Of a stretch of DNA of 64,000 nt, positions 15,500 to 28,942 are shown piece by piece. The stretch comes from Octopus vulgaris. Taxonomy: Eukaryota. The stretch spans positions 36,208,001 to 36,272,000 of the forward strand of contig OX597818.1 in assembly GCA_951406725.2 (NCBI GenBank), given 5' to 3'. How positions within the stretch are numbered: position 1 is the first letter of the stretch; the number at the start of each line of letters is the position of its first letter. The position numbers and the translations under genes were made by a program. Under the pieces are notes generated by a model. The model saw only the letters and a program-made list of their open reading frames with translations, ran no database searches and was not told the DNA's origin.

Positions 15500-15870
15500 G
15501 CAGGGGTGTATTTCAGTGTCCGCATCCAATTTCAGTGTCTGACATAAGAGTTCAGATATATGGTGTAATAGTTTTACCAACAATTCTGTTCAGCGGTCAC
15601 GCGTGAAAGATATCAAATAACATCATCAACAATCTGGATACATCTCACCAACGAAACCTGCAGATGATCATCAATGTAACCTGACAAGATATAATTACAA
15701 AAGAATAAATCTTCATGCAAACCAAATACCAGCCAAGTTGTGACATTGCATCAGTTTCACCTGGCCGCTACAAGTCACCACTCGCCGCCACTCGATATGC
15801 GCAAACTGTAATAACATGAATACCAGAAGACGTAAAACGGAGTTCACTTTATTATATCATACCAGGAAAG
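15500..15870 (+). pseudogene. RTE-like LINE reverse-transcriptase C-terminal remnant
   Basis: Translates as IRVQIYGVIVLPTILFSGHA*KISNNIINNLDTSHQRNLQMIINVT*QDIITKE, matching the RTE 'IY...V.PTLLYG.E.W...HQR.LR.I..I.W.D.ITNE' pattern. Confidence 0.6.
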
Positions 15871-15971
15871 ACTTCCCAGTTTCCTCGCCAAGAAGGTTTG
15901 CTTTTTTTGGAGACATTAATCTGTAGAAATTCCGGGGAGGAATTGATTACATCAATACCATTACGTGGAAA

Positions 15972-16272
15972 GTGGAGGCACATGGCCTAATGGTTAGAGC
16001 AGCGGATTCACGGTCGAGGGATCGCGGGTTCGAATCTCAGACCGGGTGTGTGTTTATGAGCGAAAACACCTAAGCTCCACGCGGCTCCGGCAGAAGGTAA
16101 TGGCGAACTTCTGCTGACTCTTTCGCCATAACTTTCTCTCACTCTTTCCTCCTGTATCTTGCAGCTCACCTGCGACGGACCGGCGTCCCTTCCAGGTGGG
16201 GAACCTATACGCCAAGGAAACCGGGAAAACGGCTCTTATGAGCCGGGCATGGCTCGAGAAGGAACAAACAAA
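15972..16272 (+). mobile_element. SINE family C (tRNA-Arg-like head)
   Basis: TGGCCTAATGG A-box, GGTTCGAATC B-box, (AAC)n-like tail; near-identical copy at 62336. Confidence 0.85.
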
Positions 16273-17257
16273 ACATATATAACAACATTACTTGGAAAGC
16301 TAGTGAAGATTAAGGCTATTGTCCCTTGTCTCATGTCGTGCGTATTTAAAAATAAATTCCTGTCCAGTTTATTAAACATAGCAGGCAAATATATCAAGCA
16401 TTCATAACATTAAATATTCTCAGGCTTTTGTCTACTAAATGATAATATCATCGAACTACAAAACATCTTTACGATGGGCGAGTTAACTATTTAAACTCTT
16501 CAATATTTTAATAGTATTCCCTATAATTAATATTACCAGTAGTAACTGGATTTATTAACACCTACAATCATATGCATTTCCAATGCTGCCAATCCTCATT
16601 AGAAATGTTGCGTATGAATAACTCAAGAGATGGTTGAAATTGAGCTTTATAAAATAAAAATAAAAATAGATGAAAAAATAGAAAATATATATGAATTCAC
16701 ATACCTTAAGACCTCCTCCATGATAAGACGTGCCTTTAGGCAAACTTTTAGTTATAGACATGAAAAGCATTGGCCAGTCAAATTGGAGCATACATACCTT
16801 CACATAATATTTAAAATGGTCGCTATTTCATATCACTATCGAATGCCTTGACTTATTTGCTACCGCTGTGTTTATAAATTTAGTACATGACAACATGAGT
16901 GGATTTAACTCTAGATTTGTGACTTTAACTAGATGATGAATAACAATCCTCCAACTTCTAAACAGTATACCTGTCTATTAGCAGGTAAACTTTTACGCCT
17001 GAAGAAACTGCCGAACTGCCCTCAGTTCTGTAGCAAGAAAAAAACATTTGTAAAATCCTAAAAATCTATCATAACATTACTTGTAGGGGTGAGTATCTCC
17101 TCTGAAATTTTATCGAAAAGTATTTACAGTTGAGTCGGCCGAATCATTTCAGAATTACAATTCATGTAATGAGCATAATGTAAGTTTGAGCTAAAACAAC
17201 ACAAATCCATAACCTACCGGTTGCTCATTCTTTATTTTACGTCACGACCGACATCAC

Positions 17258-17480
17258 ATTTCTTTACTACCCACAAAGGGCTAAACACGGAGAGGACGAA
17301 CAAGGACAGACAAAGGGATTGGGTTGATTATGTCGACCCCAGTGCGTAACTGGTACTTACTTAATCGACCCCGAAAGGATGAAAGACAAAGTCGACCTCG
17401 GCGGAATTTGAACTCAGAACGTAACGGCAGACGAAATACGGCTACGCATTCCGCCCGGCGTGCTAACGTTTCTGCCAGCT
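17258..17480 (-). mobile_element. SINE family B monomer
   Basis: Single unit with head; flanking repeat CACGACC(G/A)ACATCA. Confidence 0.85.
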
Positions 17481-18472
17481 CACGACCAACATCAGCAACA
17501 TCGACGTTGAAGAGTGACAACAGAGTCTCTTTTCAGTTACTTATTCACAAAAAGAACGAAAATCTGCATCAAGCAATGCACTCCTTGGCTTTGCTTGGTT
17601 TCATCTTCTTGCTTGGTGAGACAGGGGTCATTCCAAGATAGTGGTTCCAGAGGCTTCCTCATGCGTAGAACTGATCAGGGCCTCCAGTGCTCTCCGTCAC
17701 TGGCGGTCCCATGCCAACCCATCTGCATACTCTAAGGTGAAGTCGAGTCTTTAGAGGTCTCCCCCACCCCAATCACGTCCAGCCAGAATGGACGTAAGAT
17801 TTAATCTTCGTCCACTACTGGAGTAAGATTCATTCATTCATTCTTCCAAAACTGCTGACCTAGGCTACACTACAACAATAGAAACAAAACAACAGCAACT
17901 CAGCCTAACTTCTCAGACTGAGTAAACTGTAACTTTGTTATAGAAATTATCTGGTTTATATCAGAAATTCGGCAGTTTGAGTCTTCAATATTAAGACGAA
18001 TTGGGGTTTCTAAGCACAATACTTAAATCACTTAACCGTGTGCTCAATTAGGTGTGTTGATATGGTATTAACCATGAGTCAGGGTAATTTTACTAATTAG
18101 GCATCTAGCAATTTACAGTAATTTGTCCGGTAGTTTAGTGCTAGTAATTTACTAACACTAATTACGAATTCGGTATTTTAACAAAGTAATTAGCAACAAG
18201 AATTTAAAATATTTTCTATTGATTTATTTATTATGGTCATGTGTGCAGTAGCCATCTGTCTATACACACACACACACACACACAGATACATGTATATAAC
18301 ATTGAATGATTTTAAGTAAATACCTATTCACGCCTATGTAATCATAAAAGCAGGCACATGAACTCTTATATATACATATACATATCTCTCTTCCGTTATG
18401 ACTTTTACACATATTCCACAGCTCAAACGCACACACACACACACACATACACATACACAGAGTTATAATCAG

Positions 18473-18622
<150 letters not shown>

Positions 18623-18707
18623 TAGATAGATAGTTGGGTGAGAGCTTGAAATGTATGTGTACAGTAGGTTCTGTATCTATTCAGTATATATTACTCTCTC
18701 AGTTAAA

Positions 18708-18750
<43 letters not shown>

Positions 18751-18839
18751 CGTTAATATATTAAAACACTAACACACACACACACACATATATATATATA
18801 CACATACATTCATACATACATACATACATGCATAAAAGG

Positions 18840-19190
18840 AATACTGGTGGAATGTACCAGAGAAGACCTCAATAAAATGTAAGCACTACAGAAGAGAAAC
18901 TGTACACAGCTGTGGAAATTAGCTGCTCAGCAGATGGTAACATAAAGCTGAAGATCAGTGAAAAACAGAACACCTATGCTGAACTATTGAGAAATCTACA
19001 GTTACTCTATCCAGATTACAAGTTCATGTTTATACCTATAATTATTTAGACCCTGGGATACTTAACACTCTGCTCAAATACCAATCTTGAGAAATTAGGC
19101 TTCTCAAAACCAGAAAGGAGAAAGCTAATTCGAAGTCTACAGATAATCCACCACTGGAACTGTAAATCTGTAGAACTTTCTAGAGGTTTA
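18840..19190 (+). pseudogene. REL-endonuclease non-LTR retrotransposon (R4/Dong/NeSL-like) C-terminal remnant
   Basis: AVEISCSADGNIKLKISEKQNTYAELLRNLQLLYPDYKFMFIPIII*TLG...LEKLGF...LIRSLQ matches the 'IE.S.P.D.N.....EK..KY..L......VIPIIIGALG' pattern. Confidence 0.6.
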
Positions 19191-19685
19191 TCATTTAAAT
19201 ATATATGAGCATGTATATATATGTAACTCTACGCATGAGAATACATACACAAAACATACAAACCTGCACATACATACATACATACATACATACATACATA
19301 CATACATACATACATACATACATACATACATACATACATACATACATACATACATACATACAAAAACACAAAAATACCCTGTTGTTGATGTTGAAATTCC
19401 AATGAAGGAACCTTGGATCTAGGTTAGAAACCGGTTCTTTCTCTATTGGCAAGAAATATTGAAATAAAGTAAATAATAACATACATACATTCAATGATCT
19501 CTACGGTATATGCTCGTTAAGGAAGATGTACAGAATGCTATTTTAGACTAACACTGCTTCCATCGCTAATAATGAATGTTTACCGGCCACTTGCGACAAC
19601 AGTGAAATTATTTAACCACCGCTTTTCTGTATCAGTAGAGGTTAAATTCTTGTCTAAGCATACGTTTCCTAGTGGATACTTACTA

Positions 19686-19718
19686 CTGATGATGCGCAAA
19701 GACGCAGAAATCTAGATT
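19686..19718 (+). ncRNA. hammerhead core remnant (stem I lost)
   Basis: CTGATGA-TGCG/CGCA stem II-GAAA-TCTAGA palindrome; downstream bases do not pair with the upstream stem I strand. Confidence 0.45.
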
Positions 19719-20454
19719 TCTTAATTCCACTGCTGTTATTGGAAGCTTTTCCTTTCCTACTGAAACACTTCTGTGTTTTGAGCACTATACGTCTATACGA
19801 GTTGCATTCTGGAAACGAATACTGCAGTTTTGTGGTAATATAGATGAAATAAGTCTCTCTTTTGCGTTCAAGGTTAAAAAAGGTAGGATAATATTACTAT
19901 TAAGCTGTAATTTCTTATGAAAATTGAAATTGTTAATTCCTCATTAAGAGCCATTATAAATAAGTTAAAAATACATCTACATATCAGTTAGAAATGAATC
20001 TAGAATGTCAGGGTGATAATAGAAATGTTCACACAGTAGTTTTTGATATTTTTGTACAACAGTCAAAGATAGTACGAAAAATGTAACTTCGTACCTTGGA
20101 AATTGTTAGCAATTGATAATACTCCATGCCATTCTCAGGATTTCCACGCCCTTTAGGCTTGTACTCTTTTCGGAGCAGTATACCTGTCACCGAGCGCAAG
20201 CTCTTTATTCCAACCCATGGATCAGGATGTAATTTCCAAGTTTAAAACCTTTTTACTGCCCTTGTGATAACTTCAAATAATTTGCTAAAGAAACGGATGC
20301 CGGATAACAGGATAACCAAAATTTATTAATGTCTGTCGTATTGTAAATGTCACAGATAATAGCAAAACTGTCTGCGGCGAAGTAACTACCTTCATTAACA
20401 TAGATTGGCATCATCACCATAATAATAATAATAATAATCATCATCATCATCATT

Positions 20455-20515
<61 letters not shown>

Positions 20516-20786
20516 GTACCACCACCACCAGCACCAGCACTGTCCTCGTCATCGTCAAATCGTCGGTGTCATCATAGTCGTGTGCCGTCGTCGCCGCCGT
20601 TGTCATCGTCCTAACTGTCGCTGTCGTCTTCATCTCCAAGGTCAAAACAAAAACGTAAATATTCCATTTATGCTGACCGTTCCTGCAAAAAACCAAACAT
20701 CTTATATTCATCCAAATGATGCATTACAATTCTACACCAATTATCTAGACTCAGAAAAATAATTAAAGGTAATTAAATTCATTAAA

Positions 20787-21822
20787 ATGATAAATCTATC
20801 GGACTTTCTTAGAGGTCAAATTGCTGGTGTTCGTATGGCAGGCGCTAGCTTAACGAAAACAGCCGAAATGTTTGGTGTATTAAGAAATACTGTCTAGAAA
20901 GTAATGAGGGTCATTGAGAAAGACGGAAAAACCTCCTCGTCGAAACAAAACTCCGGAAGAAAACCAAAACTTTTAGATAGGGCCCATCGGACTCTTACGC
21001 GAATTGTTAGAAAGGATCACAAGAGTACAGTTGCCAAAATTACTGTAGAGCTCAATGACCACCTCGAGAACCCAGTTTCCACAAAAACTGTTCGCTGGGA
21101 GCTGCACAAAGCTGGATTTCACAGGCGGACTGCAATAAGAAAACCACTACTTTCAAAAACAAACGTTGCAAAGCGTTTTGAGTGGAGTAAAAACCTACAG
21201 AATTGGTCCCAAGAGCAGTGGAATAATGTTATTTTCTCGGACGAGTCATCCTTTACCATATTTCCGACCACCGGCCGAGTATACGTGTGGAGACTGCCAA
21301 AAGAAGTATTTGACCCAAACTCCTTTTTTTTTTCCAATTTTTAAACATGGAAGAGTTGTGATGATCTGGGTGGGGCTATATCTTGAAAATCCGCCGGCCC
21401 AATGTTTTCTCTTCATGACAGAATTAATAGTCAAGAATATTTAAAGATTTTATCTGATCAAATTCATCCTATGATTGCGGAACTGATTCCGGAGGGAAAC
21501 GCAATCTTTCAAGATGATAATGCATCAATTCACACAGCTAAAATTGTTGTTTTAATGGCACAAGGAACTTTATTATGAAGTTGAATATCTCACCTGGCAA
21601 CCACAGTCCCCAGATCTCAATATTATTGAACATTTATGGTGCATTTTAGAAAAACAAGTAAAGAGTCGATATCCTCCACCATCATCACTACAAGAACTGG
21701 AGACTGTTTTAGCTGAAGAATTAACAAAAATTCATTTGGAAACAATTCAAACTTTGTAGGAGTCCATACTTCGTAGAATTCAAGGTGTAATTACTACCAA
21801 AGGCGGTCATACCCCATATTAA
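20787..21822 (+). pseudogene. Tc1-family DD34E transposase pseudogene
   Basis: ATG at 20787; HTH region, SGRKPKL, FSDES, FQDDNA, SPDLNIIE and terminal GGHTPY*; internal stops and frameshifts; probable right TIR ending ...TCCAACCCCTG near 21874. Confidence 0.92.
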
Positions 21823-22458
21823 AATTAATTTGCTTGAAATTTTAAGGTGTTTCCATTATTATGTCCAACCCCTGCATGCATATGTATATTTGTGTGTCTG
21901 TGTTTGTACTTCCACCATCGTCTGACAACCGATATTGGTGTGTTTATGTCCCTGTAACATTAGCAGTTCGGCAAAAGAGACCGACAGAATTAGTATTAGG
22001 CTTACAAAGAATAAGTCCTGAGGTCGATTTGTTCGTCAGGCCTCTCATGCCATTTATATTTTTTGTAATTGACCTTTGAGGTGCTTAAATTTTCAAGCTT
22101 TGTTTCGTGTGGGGAAACTACAGTGCACAACAGTATTCAGTATTTGCCATTCGATAATGAGCTCGTGTAGGCCCAATATCACCTTTTAAAATCAATAGTG
22201 TTCCTAATATATTTCCTAACCAAATTATTCTCCCCTCTAACAATATATTTGTAGACTATGTTTTTTCTTAAGGTTCTGAAATTACAACTAAATTTCGGTG
22301 TCCCAACAGTCCCTGCATGCTTAATAGGATCCACATTTTCTCCTACAGAAATCTTCCTTAGCGCTGAATCGTCAACGCCTGAAGCCAGTGAAGAGTGCAA
22401 TAATCCATCATTGTCCCCTGGATTATTAACCATATTATTGTATGATATAATGTATGTA

Positions 22459-22517
<59 letters not shown>

Positions 22518-23523
22518 CTGTCTGAAACTGCAAGGGCATCTGATAACTTGACTGACGAAAGAAGGCTACGAATGATCTTGTTTTTCTTGTCCCTCTAGTT
22601 ATTTCTTTTTCGTGTCCGCCCTTGTATCGTCTATCTGTCCGGTTGTTTTATTTTCCTCTATTGCATTTTTGTTCCATTTTATATACACAACGGCTTCTTT
22701 CAGTTTCTGTCTACCAAATCCACTCACAAGGCTTTGGGTAGCCCGAGGCTAAAGCAGAAGACACATGCCCAAGGCGCTACGCATTGGGACTTAATCCGGA
22801 ACCATTTGGTTCAGAAGTAAACGTCTTAAAACACAGCCACTCCTGCGCCAACGTTATATATATATCAATACATACACACACACACACACACACGCACACA
22901 TACATATATATATAGAGAGAGAGAGATAGAGAGATAGATAGATAAATAGATAGATAGACAGCTATAGATATATACATTATACGTTTATATACTGCGCTAT
23001 ATATATATATATATACATATAATGCGTATATGTGTATATATATAATATGTATATATATACATACACATATATATACGTATATATACATACATATATATAC
23101 ATATACATATATATATATGTACATTATATATATATATATATACATATATATATGTACATATATATATACATATATACATATGCATATATATAAATGGAAA
23201 TATAGATAACAGCCTAATCTGACGTGCATGTTTTGGCGTGAACCATTGTATGTTTTTATTGTAAAATATATTAGGGTGTCACTTAGAGTTATTCCTTTTT
23301 TTTCTTCCCTTACACACCTTTGACATGTCTGAAAAGAGAAAAAAAGTTTATTCAAATTTGAAAAACAATAACAAAAAGTTGTAGAGGAAGAGCAGAGCTA
23401 CAAAACAAGGCATAAAGCATCACGACAAAAGTATTGTTCATGTTAATTCAAAGAACATTGGAAACTATGAAAATAACTTAGAAAAAAGAAACGAACGAAT
23501 TTATCTGAGAATTTATATAATCT

Positions 23524-24040
23524 TACTCTTTACTCTTTTACTTGTTTCAGTCATTTGACTGCGGCCATGCTGGAGCACCGCCTTTTAGTCGAGCAAATCG
23601 ACCCTGGGACTTATTCTTTGTAAGCCCAGTACTTATTCTATCGGTCTCTTTTTTGCCGAACCGCTAAGTAACGGGGACGTAAACACACCAGCATCGGTTG
23701 TCACCTTGGGCAAGTGTCTTCTACTATAGCCTCGGGCCAACCAAAGCCTTGTGAGTGGATTTGGTAGATGGAAACTGAAAGAAGCCCGTCGTATATATGT
23801 ATATATATATATATATATGCGTGTGTGTGTCTGTGTTTGTCCTCCTAGCATTGCTTGACAACCGATGCTGGTGTGTTTATGTCCCTGTTACTTAGCGGTT
23901 CAGCAAAAGAGACCGATAGAATAAGTACTGGGCTTACAAAGGAATAAGTCCCGGGGTCGAGTGGCTCGATTAAAGGCGGTGCTCCAGCATGGCCGCAGTC
24001 AAATGACTGAAACAAGTAAAAGAGTAAAAGAGTAAAAGAG
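23524..24040. mobile_element. fold-back SINE family A (inverted 3' half joined to a head-less forward copy)
   Basis: 23524-23702 is the reverse complement of about 23856-24036; junction at ...GGTTGTCA|CCTTGGGCAAG. Confidence 0.85.
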
Positions 24041-24345
24041 AGAGAGTATAGGTTTTTTTGATGTTTGGAATATATTTATTGATGTTTGGAATATATTCGT
24101 TTATGATTTTGAAACAGGTTACAGATATTTGGATTATATATTCACATTTTGTTCTGGGGATTTCTGATACCAGTGGAAGTATGGATCCGACCTTTGTTGT
24201 CGGAATCGCATTGACATTTGCTTGGCTACTGATGAGAGAAATTCTTCTCTTCTGTAAAATTGCATTTCGTTCGGTCTTTCCGTCTCTACTCGTTATTACT
24301 CTCCGGTGGCCATTTCTTTTGTTAATAATAGACAATAATTATCTC

Positions 24346-24742
24346 GGATCTTTTCGGTTTGAACGGCAGTTTTTTAAAATAATTTCCACGTAACTAAACA
24401 CTTTTAAACTTCGTATACTGGTAGAATGTGTTTATAAGACATCTTTTTCTCTTGGCTTTATTGAGAAAATTCTATAGTTTGTAAGATATCTGTTGTTTTT
24501 TTTTTCTTCAATTTCTGCAATTTCAACCAATCAATGACTGTCTATTGAGGTGAACATATTCTGCGCCGTATGAATATGTCCCTCGTTTAAGAAACAGATT
24601 GGGTTTATTTACATTTCTGAAGAAAAAAAAGATACCCTTCCCTAACCCTAAAATAGATTTAAATGCAATAGATCGATACTAGGGTCATAATTATGGGTGA
24701 CAATTTCATATGACACCGCTAGAAAAAAACTGCCGTTCAAAC
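24346..24742. mobile_element. Merlin-like MITE (GGATCTTTTCGGTTTGAACGGCAG TIR family)
   Basis: TIR intact on the left and truncated on the right; perfect 8-bp TSD ATTATCTC. Confidence 0.85.
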
Positions 24743-25390
24743 ATTATCTCTACTATAGGAAGAAGGCTTGAAATTTTAAGAGAGGGAACAAGTCAATAAC
24801 ATTGCCCCCAATTCTTATATGGTAACTTATTTTATCGAATCCGAAAGGATGAAAATCAAAGTCGACCTCTATGGTATTTGAATTCAGGACTTAAAGCCGG
24901 AAAAATGTCGCTAAACATATTGTCCGGTGTTCTAACGACTCTACTAGCTTGTCGCCTTATTTAAAAATAAACAATACTAAAATAATAGGGTTGTAAACAA
25001 GTATTCAGGTTTATTATCAACAGATAAAAGAACAGCTATGGACACGTGCTTTTAACATAATAGCCGTTTTCAACACGACAATTGCCTTAATATATTTCCA
25101 GCTGCGAGACAGATGTAATGCAAAATGAGTAGCACGCATTTATAGCATAGGTAATTTGTATAAATAAAGCAAAACTGAGCTAAGAGAGTTAACCAGAGTG
25201 GTCAGTGGTATGTATATGAACTGCATAGACAAAACACAGTTATAGCAAATACCATACAACACGAATTCTTGTTTTATTGAATTTATCTCCGGCAATGATG
25301 TCTCTCGCGGCAGATACATGTACTCATGACTGTCCACTTATCTCCAGACAAACAAACCTATCCTTTTCCTTAATGTTATAGCAACTTCAA

Positions 25391-25642
25391 GGCGGCGAGC
25401 TGGCTGAAACGTTAGCACGCCGGACGAAATGCTTAGCGATATTTCGTCTGCCGCTGCGTTCTGAGTTCGAATTTCGCCGAGGTCGATTTTGCCTTTCATC
25501 CTTTCGGGGTCGATTAAATAAGTACCAGTTACGCACTGGGGTCGATGTAATCAACTTAATCCGTTTGTCTGTCCTTGTTTGTCCCCTCTGTGTTTAGCCC
25601 CTTGTGGGCAATAAAGAAATAGATATTTCGTCTTTACGTTCT
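25391..25642 (+). mobile_element. SINE family B monomer plus start of a second unit
   Basis: Full unit followed by AAAGAAATAGATATTTCGTC junction. Confidence 0.85.
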
Positions 25643-25685
25643 GCTTTTGGGCGAGTTGGGGGCCTTAATATATTTCCATAAATAC

Positions 25686-25729
<44 letters not shown>

Positions 25730-25755
25730 AAAAAGTGTACGTACGTCGCAATATA

Positions 25756-25804
<49 letters not shown>

Positions 25805-25805
<1 letters not shown>

Positions 25806-26004
25806 TAAAATACAAAATGGGACAAGAACGCAAAACATCCGGACAACTAAGTGATACAAAATGGGACAACAAAACATCCAGATAGACGTTATAAAAAAAA
25901 CAAGGACGGGTCATTCGAAGCTTCCTTTCCTCAGTCAAGCACCGTATCATCCTCGCAATTTCGGCTGATTAATCAGCCGAAATTGCGAGGATGATCCGGT
26001 TCTT
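25805..26004. repeat. PLE-like tail with palindromic inversion junction
   Basis: 34-bp arms (2 mismatches) centred at 25970/25971; the same family occurs at about 22520-22680, 58091-58220 and 59370-59605. Confidence 0.6.
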
Positions 26005-27063
26005 ACCTGACACACACCTGACACACGCCTGACACACAACCACGCACACACCTCCCACACACCACACCTCACACACGCAAACAAACACCTCATATACACA
26101 CACACCACACACAAACCTCACGCACACCTCACATTCACATACACGGACCTCACACACATACACCTCAGACAAACACTCATCTGACACACACACACACACA
26201 CACTCTCTCTCTCTCTCTCTCTCTCTCTTTCACACACACTCTCACGCACACACACCTCGCACAATTCACATTCGCATACACACACCTCCCACATATAGAC
26301 CTCAGACAAACACTCACCTGATACACACACACATCTTACACAAGCACACACATCTCTCTCCCACACACACACAGACACACACTCACACACACATCTCACA
26401 CACATATACTCCCACACACACCTCAACACACCTCACATTCACATACACAAAGTTCATATACATACACCTCAGACAAACATTCACCTGACACACACACCTT
26501 ACACAAACACACACATCTCTCTCTCACACACACATACACACACACACTCACACTCATGCACACCCCCCACACGCACACATATATGTTATTGGACGCACTC
26601 TGCTTCTACGAGCGTAGTTTGAGAAGCATTTTTGTTTTCTTTCATGCGATCGAATAGTTGATCGCTCTCTGTTTGTATACTTTACGACAAGGATGAGATC
26701 AGATCACCAGAATGTAATGCAATGCGAAAGCAGTAAATAGATATTATTTACTTTGCCATTGCATGACCAAATAAACAATCAACGCTTGATATCGTATGGA
26801 TGACACTTCTATTACTTGGATATCTACACTGTGACATGCCTGTGTGACAAGTGAAAGATAAACTCACTCTAACTGATCACTTCGCTTGCAAGAAATAGCA
26901 GCCAAATATCCTTAGTATCATTCACTACAGTTTTCAAATAAGGGCTCATTGTAAGAGGGAAATAGCACAAATGAAACGAGGGGAATAACAGACGGAAAGA
27001 TGGACAACGTTAGAGATTACAACAGGTAGGCAAAAATTAGATAAGTAGAGGACAAAATGTAAA

Positions 27064-27452
27064 TCTCTCTATATATAAAGCTGAAGTTGTCTGTGTACGG
27101 CAGGTTTGGTAGCCTTCAACTAACACTATCTCCTCCGAGACCCTGCGGTACAAGTTGACTAAAATTGAAAGTAGGATAGAAAAAGGCTTGCTCTTCCTTC
27201 CGTAAAAGAAAAAATTCAAATCGGACCACGTTAACATCAAAAATTATTTACATCAAGAAGGTGCTTTCTATGAAAATCCCTATTTTTTTACGATTTTTTG
27301 ACTGCTGTGTCGCCATTTATCGGTATATTTCAACCAGAAAAATGTTCACTCAAAGAAAATAACAAGCTACATAATGCAAAATTTTTACTTTTCAAAAATT
27401 CTAATTCTAAAGGGTCGAAACAAACCCGAGCAACGCGGGGCGATACTGCTAG
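27064..27452 (+). mobile_element. non-autonomous Helitron
   Basis: 5' TC, 3' CTAG, subterminal hairpin CCCGAGCAACGCGGGG, inserted between A and T. Confidence 0.8.
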
Positions 27453-28530
27453 TATATATATAAAAAAGAAAAGAATGAAAGTTGTGCATAGTGAACAGCA
27501 CGCCGAATAAAAGGAAAAGGAGAAGAAATAGACTTATGTTTCGATTAAACACTCTGACAAAATAGAGTAAGAAGCAAGATAAAAGAAACGACATATATAT
27601 GAAAGACGCGTGTTATCTTTTTATGGTGTGCGGGGCAAAAAGCGATACAGCAGGACCGTCGAGAATCATGTCTTTCTGACGAGAGTTGGCTTGCGGTTAC
27701 AGAAAAACCGCTGCGTTTTGGATTAGGCAACTTCAATTTTAGTTAATCATTACTACTTTCTTAGCATATAAAGAATCAGTTTTATTATTAATTATTGTTC
27801 TTTCTCCCCGGGTTGGTCCTAATCGGAAAATAACAGACATAACCATCACATCTGTTTTGTAGGCATCGTGTTATTGTAAAAGGACCCATAAAACAAGATG
27901 TCTATTTTGCAATTATAAAATGTCTATAAAACATAAATGTTTCGACGGTGATTTCGGTGATATTTCAAGCATTCTTCATTGTGTTAGGCCCATTGTTACA
28001 CATATGCAATACTTTATGTGTCACTCTTTCCCCTCAAGTCTTTTCCTCTCTATCTATCTGTTTTCATTCTTTATTTACACTCAGCTCTCTCTCAGATTCA
28101 TCTCAATATCTCTCTTAGTTTCTGATTTTTCCCTCCATCATTACTCTCACAATCTACCCATAAACATTTACCCACTCATATACACATCAAAACCTCTGAC
28201 ATGTGTAGACATCCACAAGGGACGTGCCGTCTGTGGAGGATCGTAGGCAACAGCTACCCATATTGAAACTATGAATATTAATCATTTGCAATACAAAAAC
28301 AGGAATGATATAAAATTCATTATAAACTTGCTAATTTAATGCCTGTGATTCAGTGCAGAATGCAGAATTCTGGAAAGGATGCTGTTAGACAGACAAAATT
28401 TCCGTTACTTTTCAAGTTTTATACATACATACATACATACATACACACATACATACATACATACATACATACATACATACATACATACATACATACATAC
28501 ATACATACATACATACATACATGCATATGC

Positions 28531-28761
28531 TAAATAAAATGAAACAACTAAGTCAAGGCAGTGCGAAATCTCTAGGACATTTATAAACAGAAAGGTAGTC
28601 TTACAGCTGTTTCAGGAAATTTCCCTTTATTTAACTCTCACATATTGTCTCTGATGAAGGGATATCTCTCATATCCCTGAAACAGCTGTAAGACTTCCTT
28701 TCTCTTCATAAATATCCTAGAAATTTCACACTGCCTTGGCTTTGTAGTCTCATTTTATTTA
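28531..28761. repeat. fold-back PLE-like remnant (about 90-bp arms) enclosing an HHR
   Basis: Left arm TAAATAAAATGA...GTCTTACAGCTGTTTCAGG is the reverse complement of right arm CCTGAAACAGCTGTAAGAC...TCATTTTATTTA. Confidence 0.85.
28647..28694 (+). ncRNA. minimal type I hammerhead ribozyme, intact core
   Basis: GTCT-CTGATGA-AGGGATAT(CTCTC)ATATCCCT-GAAA-CAGCTG-TA-AGAC: 4-bp stem I, 8-bp stem II, palindromic stem III ACAGCTGT, GUA cleavage triplet. Confidence 0.85.
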
Positions 28762-28903
28762 ACATATACATGCTCACACACGACCCACATTAGACTCCTT
28801 ACTCACTATTATTGAACCGTAAGTCTAACTACGGTCCTTCCGTAGCACATACACAGCCTTACCTACCATTTTAGGTCTTCTGGATACCAAAACATCTCAT
28901 ATC

Positions 28904-28942
<39 letters not shown>

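Noticed and set aside
15972-16045. tRNA-Arg-like sequence as a true tRNA gene
   Set aside because: It continues into a SINE body and tail, and a second copy at 62336 has a TSD.
19396-19440. CCAATGA-stem-GAAA-CCGG-TT hammerhead-like motif
   Set aside because: Two core substitutions and a poor stem I; at most a decayed remnant.
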